Assembly (NCBI GenBank): GCA_946624065.1 | Contig: CAMORT010000005.1 | Span: 1,187-65,186, forward strand | Direction of reading: 5' to 3' | DNA from: an uncultured Bacteroidales bacterium | GTDB lineage: Bacteria; Bacteroidota; Bacteroidia; Bacteroidales; WCHB1-69 | Length of the DNA: 64,000 bases | Part shown: in pieces, positions 20,044 through 33,117 of the stretch | Layout: every line of letters starts with the position of its first letter | How positions within the stretch are numbered: the stretch's first letter is position 1 | Position numbers and translations under genes: made by a program | The notes under the pieces: model-generated | What the model saw: the letters and a program-made list of their open reading frames with translations, nothing else | Told to the model about the DNA's origin: nothing | Databases searched by the model: none

Positions 20044-20716
20044 GACCCTCAACATTATCGCCCACGCACATAGTGAATTCCCTTCCAAGTTCGGCATTCC
20101 GCGACAGAGCGGTTTGGCCCCCTCGTTGCGCACACGCATCGTGTTTGAGCCGGAGTACCGCAATGCGGAGGCGTTGCGCGGCATAGAGGAGTTCTCGCAT
20201 TTGTGGTTGATTTGGGGGTTTTCAGAGGTGAAGCAGGAACAATGGTCGCCCACGGTGCGTCCGCCGCGACTGGGCGGCAACCGGCGTATGGGCGTGTTCG
20301 CCACGCGCTCGCCTTATCGCCCCAATCCCATTGGGCTCTCCTGTGTGGAGTTGATCGAGGTGGACCTCTCGCCGAAGAATCCCACGCTCCTGGTAGGTGG
20401 CGCCGACCTCATGGACGGCACACCCATCTACGACATCAAGCCCTATCTGTTAACCACTGATTGCCACCCGGAAGCCACTAAGGGTTTCACCCAAGTGCAT
20501 GAGCATTATCAGGTGGAGGTGGAGATTCCTGAGGAGGTTGCCAAAATAATGCCCAAGGCGACATTAGAAAAATTGCGCGAAGTGCTTGCGCAGGACCCGC
20601 GCCCCGCCTACCATGACGATGAGACCCGCGTGTATGGGTTCCCGTTTGAGGGGTATGAGGTGAAATTCTCCGTGAAGGAGGGCAAAGTGGTGGTGAAGGA
20701 GGTTAACTGGTCTTAA
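20042..20716 (+). CDS. trmO: tRNA (t6A37-N6)-methyltransferase TrmO/TsaA (YaeB family)
   Basis: Motifs FGIPRQSGL, FSHLWLIWGFS, GVFATRSPYRPNPIGLS and LMDGTPIYDIKPY. Start set at ATG 20042. The ORF is open further upstream, through a nonamer repeat. Confidence 0.85.
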   Translation: MTLNIIAHAHSEFPSKFGIPRQSGLAPSLRTRIVFEPEYRNAEALRGIEEFSHLWLIWGFSEVKQEQWSPTVRPPRLGGNRRMGVFATRSPYRPNPIGLSCVELIEVDLSPKNPTLLVGGADLMDGTPIYDIKPYLLTTDCHPEATKGFTQVHEHYQVEVEIPEEVAKIMPKATLEKLREVLAQDPRPAYHDDETRVYGFPFEGYEVKFSVKEGKVVVKEVNWS

Positions 20717-21492
20717 TCTTGCACGCAGCGGACGGATAATCCGTCGCTCTTATCGTGATTGCATCTTTCCACATCCGCGTAGTTATAATCGAGTCTGCGG
20801 CTGTATGCGTTGCAGTCATTGAACTTGTCAGCAGTCCAGAAATATGCGCGATAACTGAAATAGCTGGGACTTCCGTAGTACCCGCCAGCAGGCATGGCGG
20901 AAAAACCGGAAGCATTATTGGAATTCGGGTCGTTGCCTACTGCACAGGAGTTGGAACTGTAGCTCCAACCTGTTGTGGAGGCCATGGCTTTCGCTATGTT
21001 ACCATTGATCTCATTGCAAACATATTGGATATTGCCTCCCACATAGTTGGTCAGTTGCTTCCATTCCGCATCGCTTGGCACATGCCAGCCGTCTGGGCAT
21101 ATTCCCTGAACATGGGCAGAATTGCTGTTGGATGAAGAATTTCGGGTTGTCGCAGCCCAGTTGTATAAATAACCGTAATCACTAATGTTTGAGGGGTTGT
21201 CGTTAGGGATATATCGGTACGGGGTAGTAGAAGAAGAACCGGTGCTCAGAGGTATTTCTGTTCCATCGGCGAAATGGGTGGTTTTGAGGTTCTCCGCCAT
21301 CCATAACTGGTCGCCCATGCGAACAGCGTTGTATTGATTGCCATCAATGTCCTGAACGGCATTTTGGACAATTACAGGTGTTTCTGGATACACAGGATTG
21401 GTGCCTTCTTCACCATTCTCATGATGGCAGGCGGAGAGGCACAATGCGGCGGAAAATGTTGCCACAATCATCAAGTTCAATGCTCTTTTCAT
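20713..21492 (-). CDS. FISUMP (Fibrobacter succinogenes major paralogous) domain lipoprotein
   Basis: Lipobox ALCLSAC. Motifs DIDGNQYNAVRMGDQLWMAENL, YGYLYNW, CPDGWHVPSDAEWKQL and GFSAMPAGGY. Start at ATG 21492 with a TATTTTTG box at 21550-21557. Confidence 0.8.
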   Translation of the reverse strand: MKRALNLMIVATFSAALCLSACHHENGEEGTNPVYPETPVIVQNAVQDIDGNQYNAVRMGDQLWMAENLKTTHFADGTEIPLSTGSSSTTPYRYIPNDNPSNISDYGYLYNWAATTRNSSSNSNSAHVQGICPDGWHVPSDAEWKQLTNYVGGNIQYVCNEINGNIAKAMASTTGWSYSSNSCAVGNDPNSNNASGFSAMPAGGYYGSPSYFSYRAYFWTADKFNDCNAYSRRLDYNYADVERCNHDKSDGLSVRCVQD

Positions 21493-21663
21493 AGTTTCAG
21501 GATTTTGGTTGTTGCGATAATGATGTCCTGCCTTAGGCAGAGGAGGGTACAAAAATAATAAAATAATGCATTGATGCATCATAAAAAAAACGCTATCCCG
21601 TAGCAACTCCGAAGGGTTGCCCATTACGATGGATTTAATAACAAAAAATCCTATTTTTGCCGT

Positions 21664-22965
21664 ATGAAAAATTATTCCCAATACATTTTCATGCTCGCTC
21701 TGCTCGTGGCAACCGTTCTGGTATGCTCTGCTCAGGTGTGCGGCTGTACCGATTCGCTGGCACTCAATTTCAATCCTATGGCCACTCTTAACGATGGCAG
21801 TTGCCAATATGCCTCCACGATTATAATGCCGGTTGAGATTGGGGCGCTGGACTCGCAGTTGGGAAGTACCTCCTCTCTCTTTTATTGGGAAAATGGCTAC
21901 TGGACGAATAATGACCACAACGATAGCTGTTTATATCAAATTGACAGCACCAATGCGGAGACGATAGAAACCATCTGTTTTGATGGAATCCAGTATTATG
22001 ATATGGAAGAAATTACCCAGGACAGTCTCTATTTGTATTTCGGGGATGTGGGCAATAACAACGGCAACCGGCAAAATCTCAAAATCTTGAGAATTAGCAA
22101 GGAATCGATTTTGAATCAGGCGGTCGTAATAGATACGATATGGTTTTCCTACGAGGACCAGACGGATTTTACCTCCAACCCTCAAGCCACTGATTTTGAT
22201 TGCGAGGCGTTCATCGTTTCCGGTGACAGCATCTATATCTTCACCAAAGAGTGGGTTTCCACCCAAACTACGATTTACGCTATTCCCAAGACACCGGGTG
22301 CACACATGGCACGCCGATGCGAAACCTATAATGTGAACGGACTGATTACGGGCGCAGCGTATATGCCTGAATATAAGTTGGTTGTTCTGTGTGGTTACGA
22401 CTATGCCCCGTCGAATTTGTTGTCGTCGCTCCATCCGTTTGTTTTATTATTGTATGATTTTCAAGGAGATAGATTCTTTTCGGGCAACAAACGGCGGTTG
22501 GATTTCGATTTTTCCACAAGGGCTCAGATTGAGGCCATAGCCACTCGTAATGCTTTGAACTACTATATCACCAATGAAAGCACCTCAATTCCAGTGATGG
22601 ATCTTGTTGTTGACATTCCGCCAGCGCTCCAGCGGTTGGATTTGCGCGATTATCTTTTTCCGTATCTGAGCCGCTTTGGTGTTACAGACAATCCCGATGC
22701 TGTGCCGTCTTTGCAAAATCAGAAGGCGGACATCCGCATTTATCCCAATCCTGTCCACGACAAGATTTACATTGATTATACGCAGGATTTAGCTGGATCG
22801 GTTTATGAAATATACAATCTTAGAGGTCAGAGAGTGGCGGAAGGTTTGTTGGATGAGCATGTTATTATGTTGGACAACGGAAACCTGCCTGCCGGGCAGT
22901 ATGTTTTAACTGTTCGGGAAAACGGGAGTCTAAAATCGGTGTCTTTTATTAAAAAAAAGCAATGA
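21664..22965 (+). CDS. Secreted protein of unknown function with T9SS C-terminal sorting domain
   Basis: Signal peptide. N-terminal CGCTDSLALNFNPMATLNDGSCQY motif. C-terminus IRIYPNPVHDKIYIDY...LPAGQYVLTVRENGSLKSVSFI. Start ambiguous (21664 or Met at 21691). Confidence 0.65.
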   Translation: MKNYSQYIFMLALLVATVLVCSAQVCGCTDSLALNFNPMATLNDGSCQYASTIIMPVEIGALDSQLGSTSSLFYWENGYWTNNDHNDSCLYQIDSTNAETIETICFDGIQYYDMEEITQDSLYLYFGDVGNNNGNRQNLKILRISKESILNQAVVIDTIWFSYEDQTDFTSNPQATDFDCEAFIVSGDSIYIFTKEWVSTQTTIYAIPKTPGAHMARRCETYNVNGLITGAAYMPEYKLVVLCGYDYAPSNLLSSLHPFVLLLYDFQGDRFFSGNKRRLDFDFSTRAQIEAIATRNALNYYITNESTSIPVMDLVVDIPPALQRLDLRDYLFPYLSRFGVTDNPDAVPSLQNQKADIRIYPNPVHDKIYIDYTQDLAGSVYEIYNLRGQRVAEGLLDEHVIMLDNGNLPAGQYVLTVRENGSLKSVSFIKKKQ

Positions 22966-23062
22966 TATAGGAGTTGATCTGAAGTGACAATAATGATAGG
23001 GATTCTATCACATATTATGTTCGCGGCACCTCTGGTGCCGTACTCAAAGACTCCCCTTCTGA

Positions 23063-26950
<3,888 letters not shown>

Positions 26951-27472
26951 TTATTGCAAATACATGTCGATGAGCCCCTCCGGCGCTTGGATGTGCAGGA
27001 TGCGGTTGTCACGGTCGATGCCGGTGACGAACTGCTGGCTGGCGGGGATGAGGATCTCCTTGTCGTCGTGCGCCACCACCATGATGGGGTTGTTGCTCAC
27101 TTCCAGGAACTCGCGGCAGGTGCCGATCTCGCCCTTTTGCTCGTCTGCTACCGTAAATCCGATCACTTCGTGGAAATAGAAACGGTTGCCGGGCAGTTTG
27201 GGCAGTAGGTTCAGGGGCAGGTAAAGTTCCACGCCCACAAAGTCGCGGGCTTCGTTGGCCCCGACTCCGGCGAAGCGGATGATGAACTGGTTGCTGCCCC
27301 GATAGATGATTTCCTCAATGTTGTAAGGGATCTTCTCGCCGTCGAGATCCAGAAATACAGCGGGAAGTTCAGCGTAGTTTTCAGGGTTGTCGGTATCAAA
27401 AAAGGCACACAAACCTCCTTTCAGTCCGAAAGGTTTGGTTAGTGTGCCCAAATAGAAAAAGTCGTTTTCCAT
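26951..27472 (-). CDS. rimM: 16S rRNA processing protein RimM
   Basis: Motifs GTLTKPFGLKGGL and FYFHEVIGFTV (PRC barrel). The start overlaps the rpsP stop (TAATG), the classical rpsP-rimM order. Confidence 0.85.
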   Translation of the reverse strand: MENDFFYLGTLTKPFGLKGGLCAFFDTDNPENYAELPAVFLDLDGEKIPYNIEEIIYRGSNQFIIRFAGVGANEARDFVGVELYLPLNLLPKLPGNRFYFHEVIGFTVADEQKGEIGTCREFLEVSNNPIMVVAHDDKEILIPASQQFVTGIDRDNRILHIQAPEGLIDMYLQ

Positions 27473-28080
27473 TATGCTTCAGGAGCAGCTTCTTCGGTTG
27501 CGGGAGCTTCCTCGGCGGCGGGAGCGGCTTCTTCGGCTACGGCTTCAGCAGCGGCAGCGGCCTCTTCGGCGGCCTTGGCGGCAGCTTCTTCCTCAGCGGC
27601 TTTGGCAGCGGCTGCGGCGATCTCAGCGTTGCGGGCTGCGATCTTGGCTGACATGGCTTCCTTAACTTTCACTTCCTCGGCAATACGCTTCTTCACGACA
27701 TCGCGTTTTTTGTCGGCTTCCTCGCGAACGATGTTGCTGAGTTTGCTGTTCTTTTCATGTTTCCAGGCCTCAAAACGTCTTTGGGCCTCGGTCTCAGAGA
27801 AGGCGCCTTTTGCCACGCCTCCCTTGAGGTGTTTCATCATGTAAACGCCTTCGCGTTTCAGAATCGCACGGGCGGTATCGGAAGGTGTAGCACCGTTCTC
27901 CACCCAATACAAGGCGCGTTCAAAGTTGATGTTGAGCGTTGCAGGATTGGTCAGTGGGTTGTATGTGCCAAGATCTTCGATAAAACGTCCGTCACGTGGT
28001 GCACGACCATCCGCAATTACAAGGTGATAAAAAGGTTGGTTCTTTTTACCTCTTCTCTGTAATCTGATTCTTGTTGCCAT
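27472..28080 (-). CDS. rpsP: 30S ribosomal protein S16 with long Ala/Glu/Lys-rich C-terminal extension
   Basis: N-terminus MATRIRLQRRGKKNQPFYHLVIADGRAPRDGRFIEDLGTYNP. C-terminal about 60 aa is AAAAKAAEEEAAAKAAEEAAAAAE low complexity. Confidence 0.95.
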   Translation of the reverse strand: MATRIRLQRRGKKNQPFYHLVIADGRAPRDGRFIEDLGTYNPLTNPATLNINFERALYWVENGATPSDTARAILKREGVYMMKHLKGGVAKGAFSETEAQRRFEAWKHEKNSKLSNIVREEADKKRDVVKKRIAEEVKVKEAMSAKIAARNAEIAAAAAKAAEEEAAAKAAEEAAAAAEAVAEEAAPAAEEAPATEEAAPEA

Positions 28081-28147
28081 AAAAATTTGGTTTGATGTTA
28101 ATTAAATGAATTTTACCAATCAGGATCTCTGTCCTTTTTTGGGGCGG

Positions 28148-28155
28148 CAAAAATA
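28148..28155 (-). promoter_or_regulatory. -7 box TATTTTTG upstream of rpsP
   Basis: 68 nt upstream of ATG 28080 on the minus strand. Confidence 0.45.
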
Positions 28156-28206
28156 CAAATTTTTTTGAATCATCAAATTTATTATTTTTGCCATTTTAAA
28201 ACACAA

Positions 28207-31200
28207 ATGGAGAAAAAACGGCAATTTATTGTTAAATCATTGATACAATGCATATTAATATGCGTTGCGGTTCTTTTCACCATCTCAAAAGCCGACGCCC
28301 AATTCTATAATGGCTCGCAAATTAGCTTCGGGAAAAACCGCGTGCAGCACCAGAATTTCAACTGGCAGTTCATGCGTGCGGAGCAATATGATGTTTATTT
28401 TTATCCCACAGGCAAGGCGTTGGCGCAATATGTCTATTTTAAGGCCCCGCAGATTATCGCTGACATTGAGGAAAAACTGCATTATTCTTCCAGAAGGAAA
28501 CTCCAGCTTATCGTTTACAATACCCAAGAGGATTTTCGCGAGTCCAATTTTGCCTACGACGACGATGATTTCTACAACCAAGGCGGCGTGACGAATGTCT
28601 ATGGCACGAAAATCTACATCTATTTTGACGGCAACCGTGCGCACTTGGACCGGATGATCCGTAGCGGCATTATGAATGTGTATGCCCACTGGTTGGTGCA
28701 AGGCGCGTCGGTAGGTTCCAACATGACCTACGATTATCTCATGGATGTGCCCAACTGGTATTTCAGCGGACTGGCTTCCTACTATGGCGAGTCGTGGAAC
28801 AGCGATGTGGATGCGCATGTGAAGGACGGCATCCTAACACAGCATTATGCTGATTTTGATGATCTTTCGCCTCGTGATGCGACTTATGCCGGACATTCGT
28901 TATGGAAATATATAAGCGACACATACGGCGAGGAGAGCATCTATCGAATTTTGTACGCCACCCGTGCGTTCAAGAGCATGTCGCGGGCTTTCACCTATGT
29001 GGCTCAGGTGCCCTATCAGACATTATTGTACAATTGGTACAAATATTATTGCGTGATGTATTATCCGGATCTGGAGCGCCAGATACCACAAGGCAACGGC
29101 ATCGTGAAACGCCCGAATCCGAAACGGGAATACACGCGTTTTTGCTTTGCGCCGGATGGTCAGAGTTATGCGTATGTGACCAATGAGGCCGGGCAGGTGC
29201 GGGTGTGGCTCAAAACCGCCGACAGCAAAAGACCGAGATGCATCCTGAAACGGTTTCAAAAAATTGAAGACAACCCCGACCTCTCGTATCCGCTTTTGGC
29301 ATGGCATCCGTATGACTCTATCCTTGGTATGACCTTTGAGTCGAAAGGGCATTGCTACTATTATCCGTACGATGTGTCGAAACGAAAATGGCAGAAGCGC
29401 TTTCTGGTGGATGTGGAGAAGATAACCTCATGGTGCTATTCGGATGACGGGAAAATGATGCTGTTTTCCGGATTTAAAAACGGGCAGTCTGATATTTTCA
29501 TCTACAGTTTCCTTTCCCGTTCTTTCCAAAATCTGACGAACGATTTTTATGATGATTATGCGCCTGTTTTTGTGCGAGACCAGAAAGAGATCGTGTTTTC
29601 GTCCAACCGTCCGCGTGACACGATTATGCTGAATGACGAAATGACAGAGGCGACGCCACAGAATCATTACGACTTGTTTTTGTATTCGTATGCCAAGAAT
29701 GATCCGGCACTCTTGCGGGTTACCGATTTGGAGCAAGGCAACGCATATGACGCACGACGCGTGAATCGGGACAACATTGTCTTTTTGGGTGACGAGAGCA
29801 TATATGTGAATCAGTATGCGGCTCGATTTGACAGTACTATAAGCCGGATTGACACGGCCGTGCACTATATGTCGTTTGCCAAAACCCACCCGCTCACGGA
29901 TGTGGGGGTGAGTTCTCTTGAACATGATTATGATGCGGTGAACCAGCAGGTTGCCACTATATCGCTGAAAAATGGAGTAAAAGGCATCCATGTTAATCCG
30001 TTGGATTTTTCAAAGCAGGTCACGGTAGAACCGTCGTTTTTTCATCAGAAAATATTGTTGGAAAACGAGCGGCAGGAAGCATTGAAGATGGATACGGTTC
30101 CCCAAGATACCCTGGGTGGTGATTCCGTTGCGCCCAAAGCGGAATTCTATATTCCTGTGGGAAGCGGCTATAGGGTACAATATTCAATCAATAAGGTGAT
30201 TACGCAGGCAGACTTCAGTTTTTTGAACACCTCGTATCAGCAATTTGAAGGTGGCACCTCTCCGATTTACCTCAATACCGGTTTCAACGCATTGTTCATG
30301 TTGGGTATAAACGACCTGTTTGAGGATTATCGGGTTACGGGCGGTTTCCGAGTGGGAGTGGACCTGAACAGTTATGAGTTCATGATGAGTTATGAAAATC
30401 TGGCGCGCCGCTTGGACCGTCAGATTGTCATTTACCGCCAATCCATCACTTCCAGCATAAGGGATTATGTTTATAAGCAGCGTTCCAACAGCATTTTCTA
30501 TATCTTGAAATTCCCTTTTAACAAGATTCACAGTGTGCGGCTGACTTTGAACGGGCGCTATGAGTCGAATGTGATTGGCGCGTTGAGTGACAACTCGCTG
30601 CGTATGCCCGAAGAACGGCATTTGTGGGCGGGTGTGAAATTGGAATACATTTTCGATTCCTCAAAGGAGTTGTACACGAATCTGTGGCGTGGCACTAAGA
30701 TGAAGATTTTTGCGGAGTATAACCAGCGGGCTGAGAAAGAAACGCAGAATTTGCTGGTGGTGGGTTTGGATGCGCGGCGCTCCTTCAAACTGTACAAAAA
30801 TATGACTTTTGCCGTGCGCCTGGCCGCTTCAACCAATGTGGGTTCGGCTCGTTTGGTGTACTATATGGGCGGCGTCGATAATTGGATTAACGCCAAGTTC
30901 GACAGAGATATTTGGGTTGACCAATCCAAGAACTACGCTTATCAGACGCTGGCCACCAACATGCGCGGCTTTAAGCAGAATATTCGCAACGGCACTTCGT
31001 TCGTTTTGTTGAGTGGAGAGTTGCGAGTGCCCATAGTGCAACTTATCGCCGGACGAAAAGTGTCGTTTAACTTCTTGAATTCCATACAGTTGAATTTGTT
31101 TGGCGACTTTGGTACCGCCTGGACGGGTTTGACACCTTATTCTGAAGAGAATTGCTTGTACACCCGTTACATTACCAGCGGTCCAATATCGGTTGTGGTG

Positions 31201-31359
31201 CGTCGGCAAGTGGATCCTTTCGTGGGTGGATTCGGTGTCGGAGCACGGTGCTCGCTGCTGGGTTACTTCCTCCGCTTCGATTATGCCTGGGGTGTGGAGG
31301 ATTTTAAAATCCCGAACAAGAAAGGCATGTTTCTGTTCTCCATCGGAACCGATTTTTAA
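28207..31359 (+). CDS. Outer-membrane protein with TolB-like beta-propeller repeats fused to an Omp85/D15-type C-terminal beta-barrel
   Basis: Signal peptide. Propeller-like units (FAPDGQSYAYVTNEAGQVRVW, YSDDGKMMLFSGFKNGQSDIFIY, YAPVFVRDQKEIVFSSNR). Omp85-like NMRGFKQN...GELRVPI and terminal FLFSIGTDF. Start at ATG 28207, after the TATTTTTG box at 28183-28190. Confidence 0.6.
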   Translation: MEKKRQFIVKSLIQCILICVAVLFTISKADAQFYNGSQISFGKNRVQHQNFNWQFMRAEQYDVYFYPTGKALAQYVYFKAPQIIADIEEKLHYSSRRKLQLIVYNTQEDFRESNFAYDDDDFYNQGGVTNVYGTKIYIYFDGNRAHLDRMIRSGIMNVYAHWLVQGASVGSNMTYDYLMDVPNWYFSGLASYYGESWNSDVDAHVKDGILTQHYADFDDLSPRDATYAGHSLWKYISDTYGEESIYRILYATRAFKSMSRAFTYVAQVPYQTLLYNWYKYYCVMYYPDLERQIPQGNGIVKRPNPKREYTRFCFAPDGQSYAYVTNEAGQVRVWLKTADSKRPRCILKRFQKIEDNPDLSYPLLAWHPYDSILGMTFESKGHCYYYPYDVSKRKWQKRFLVDVEKITSWCYSDDGKMMLFSGFKNGQSDIFIYSFLSRSFQNLTNDFYDDYAPVFVRDQKEIVFSSNRPRDTIMLNDEMTEATPQNHYDLFLYSYAKNDPALLRVTDLEQGNAYDARRVNRDNIVFLGDESIYVNQYAARFDSTISRIDTAVHYMSFAKTHPLTDVGVSSLEHDYDAVNQQVATISLKNGVKGIHVNPLDFSKQVTVEPSFFHQKILLENERQEALKMDTVPQDTLGGDSVAPKAEFYIPVGSGYRVQYSINKVITQADFSFLNTSYQQFEGGTSPIYLNTGFNALFMLGINDLFEDYRVTGGFRVGVDLNSYEFMMSYENLARRLDRQIVIYRQSITSSIRDYVYKQRSNSIFYILKFPFNKIHSVRLTLNGRYESNVIGALSDNSLRMPEERHLWAGVKLEYIFDSSKELYTNLWRGTKMKIFAEYNQRAEKETQNLLVVGLDARRSFKLYKNMTFAVRLAASTNVGSARLVYYMGGVDNWINAKFDRDIWVDQSKNYAYQTLATNMRGFKQNIRNGTSFVLLSGELRVPIVQLIAGRKVSFNFLNSIQLNLFGDFGTAWTGLTPYSEENCLYTRYITSGPISVVVRRQVDPFVGGFGVGARCSLLGYFLRFDYAWGVEDFKIPNKKGMFLFSIGTDF

Positions 31360-32540
31360 TCTTGGATAAACGGTTGCACTGCCCGTTTGAAAATGCCATT
31401 CAGGTAGGCGATGACCATCCCGTAATTGGATACGGGAATGCCGGCGTCAATGGCGGGTTTTAATCTGTTAATCAGTTGTTTGCGGGTAATCATGCAACCG
31501 CCGCATTGGATAACCATGGCATATTGCCGGATGTCAGGGATGGCGTTGAGGCCGGACACGAAGTCAAAGTGCAGCTGTTTGCCCGTGTGCTGTTGTATCC
31601 AGCGGGGCAGTTTGCCGCGCCCGATGTCCTCGCATGAGGTGAGGTGTGTGCACGATTCCAGCATCAGGATTTTATCGCCGTCCTGCAGTTTGTCGAGGTG
31701 CGGGGTGCCTTGCAGATAATGCCCGAAATCGCCCTTGTGATGGGCCAGCACGATACTGAAGCCCGTAAGCGGGATGCTTTCTGGCACGTCCTTGGACACG
31801 CGCCCGAACATCTGGCTGTCGGTCACCACCAGTTTGGGAGTCGGGTTGCGCCGGAGCCAGTCGGACACTTTGTCCTCTTTCAGCACCACGGCAATGGCGT
31901 TATTGTCCAGAATGTCGCGAATCATCTGTACTTGCGGCAGAATGAGCCGGCCTTCGGGGGCCTCGGTGTCGATAGGGGTCACCAGCAGAACCGTGTCGTT
32001 ATCTTCGATAATATCACCCAATAATGAGTGAGAAATGTAGGCCGAAGAGGGCATCTTTTGCACTATGGCATCCAATAATGCCGATATGCCTTGGCCGGTC
32101 TTCGCACTTACATCGTACATATTATGGGCGATGACGCCGTCGGGGAGGGATGAGGTGGAATTGAGGTCGGACTTGTTGTTGGCGATGATGAAGGGAATCT
32201 CATATTCGTGGAATTTGTCCATCAGCATGCGCTCGGGTTGCCCGCACACATGGTTTGTGGTGACCAGTATGGCAAAGTCGATGGTTTTCAGCGCTTCCAG
32301 CGTCTTCTGAATGCGTTTTTGTCCTACAGTGCCTTCGTCGTCGATGCCGGCGGTGTCAATGAGCACCACGGGTCCGATGCCGAAAATCTCGATGGATTTT
32401 TTCACGGGGTCAGTGGTAGTGCCGGCGGTGGCATCCACAATGGCGATTTCCTGACCGGTGATGGCGTTGATGAGGGAACTCTTGCCGTTGTTGCGCCGCC
32501 CGAAGATTCCGATATGGGGTTTGGTTTCGCGTCCTTTCAT
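31356..32540 (-). CDS. hydF: [FeFe]-hydrogenase H-cluster maturation GTPase HydF
   Basis: G1 GRRNNGKSSLINAITGQ, G2 TTDPV and G3 DTAGIDDEG. C-terminal cluster motifs SCTH and QCGGC. About 394 aa. Start at ATG 32540 because a TACTTTTG box lies at 32548-32555. Confidence 0.7.
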   Translation of the reverse strand: MKGRETKPHIGIFGRRNNGKSSLINAITGQEIAIVDATAGTTTDPVKKSIEIFGIGPVVLIDTAGIDDEGTVGQKRIQKTLEALKTIDFAILVTTNHVCGQPERMLMDKFHEYEIPFIIANNKSDLNSTSSLPDGVIAHNMYDVSAKTGQGISALLDAIVQKMPSSAYISHSLLGDIIEDNDTVLLVTPIDTEAPEGRLILPQVQMIRDILDNNAIAVVLKEDKVSDWLRRNPTPKLVVTDSQMFGRVSKDVPESIPLTGFSIVLAHHKGDFGHYLQGTPHLDKLQDGDKILMLESCTHLTSCEDIGRGKLPRWIQQHTGKQLHFDFVSGLNAIPDIRQYAMVIQCGGCMITRKQLINRLKPAIDAGIPVSNYGMVIAYLNGIFKRAVQPFIQD

Positions 32541-32547
32541 AATGCTG

Positions 32548-32555
32548 CAAAAGTA
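32548..32555 (-). promoter_or_regulatory. -7 box TACTTTTG 7 nt upstream of the hydF ATG
   Basis: tgTACTTTTGcagcattATG on the minus strand. This implies a near-leaderless mRNA. Confidence 0.4.
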
Positions 32556-32709
32556 CATTTTTTTTCGTGGCGTTTTATTTTTTTATATTTTTGCACCGAT
32601 GAATATAGTTCTATTGTACAACATCATGCCCTTAGGACAGGATAGTACTAAAGATAAACAGGAAACCTTATGGAGTGTAAGCGTAGCGCGTAGGCGGAAG
32701 GCACAAAAG

Positions 32710-33117
32710 TTAATCTTTTATCGGGGTTCGCTCCCGTTTCCATAATAGTTTTCTGGATTTTACAACGGCGGTCCTAACTGGGAGCGCCGTTCTTATTTCC
32801 CAGAATTTCTTCTTGTAGTTGTAGTTAAGCGTAACAACGGCTACATAATTTTTTCCTTCGGTATTGGATGTCACTAAATCCAATGCGTCATTCGGAGCTT
32901 GGCGAATTTCTCCAAAAGTCGTGACAATCAATTTGACAAAATCCATTGCTGATATACCAAGAGTGTCGAGTTCCATCTTGTGTTTCTTGTTTATATGCTC
33001 GATATGTCTGTTGTCAATCATGATGTCAGCGCACTTCACATGCGCTTGTTTCGCAATAGGCATAGAGATTCTACCGACTTTGATGTACTCGGAGGCGAAT
33101 GCTTTGTTAGCGTTCAT
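32710..33117 (-). CDS. Hypothetical protein, possibly a barnase/EndoU/RelE-like (PBECR-type) nuclease domain
   Basis: 135 aa ORF in an AT-rich islet with a TATTTTTG box at 33204-33211. The segment IMIDNRHIEHINKKHKMEL...NYVAVVTL...WEIRTALP resembles phage/toxin PBECR nuclease domains (recalled from memory, weak). Confidence 0.4.
   Translation of the reverse strand: MNANKAFASEYIKVGRISMPIAKQAHVKCADIMIDNRHIEHINKKHKMELDTLGISAMDFVKLIVTTFGEIRQAPNDALDLVTSNTEGKNYVAVVTLNYNYKKKFWEIRTALPVRTAVVKSRKLLWKRERTPIKD

Noticed and set aside
20713-21918. Long N-terminal extensions in the ORF track (this ORF; also 7236-9539, 10077-10763, 23102-, 28165-, 49744-, 51612-52163, 52868- and 55924-).
   Set aside because: In each case an internal Met is followed by a proper signal peptide or conserved N-terminus, and a TAnnTTTG box lies inside the supposed extension. 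I therefore shortened the CDS.
32586-32745. Plus-strand TATTTTTG box (32586-32593) with no ORF downstream, and a GGGGTTCGCTCCC stretch that hinted at a tRNA-like or small RNA gene.
   Set aside because: I could not fold a tRNA cloverleaf or recognise SRP, 6S or RNase P motifs. TAnnTTTG is expected by chance several times in 64 kb of AT-rich sequence. The downstream hairpin lies inside the 32710-33117 CDS.
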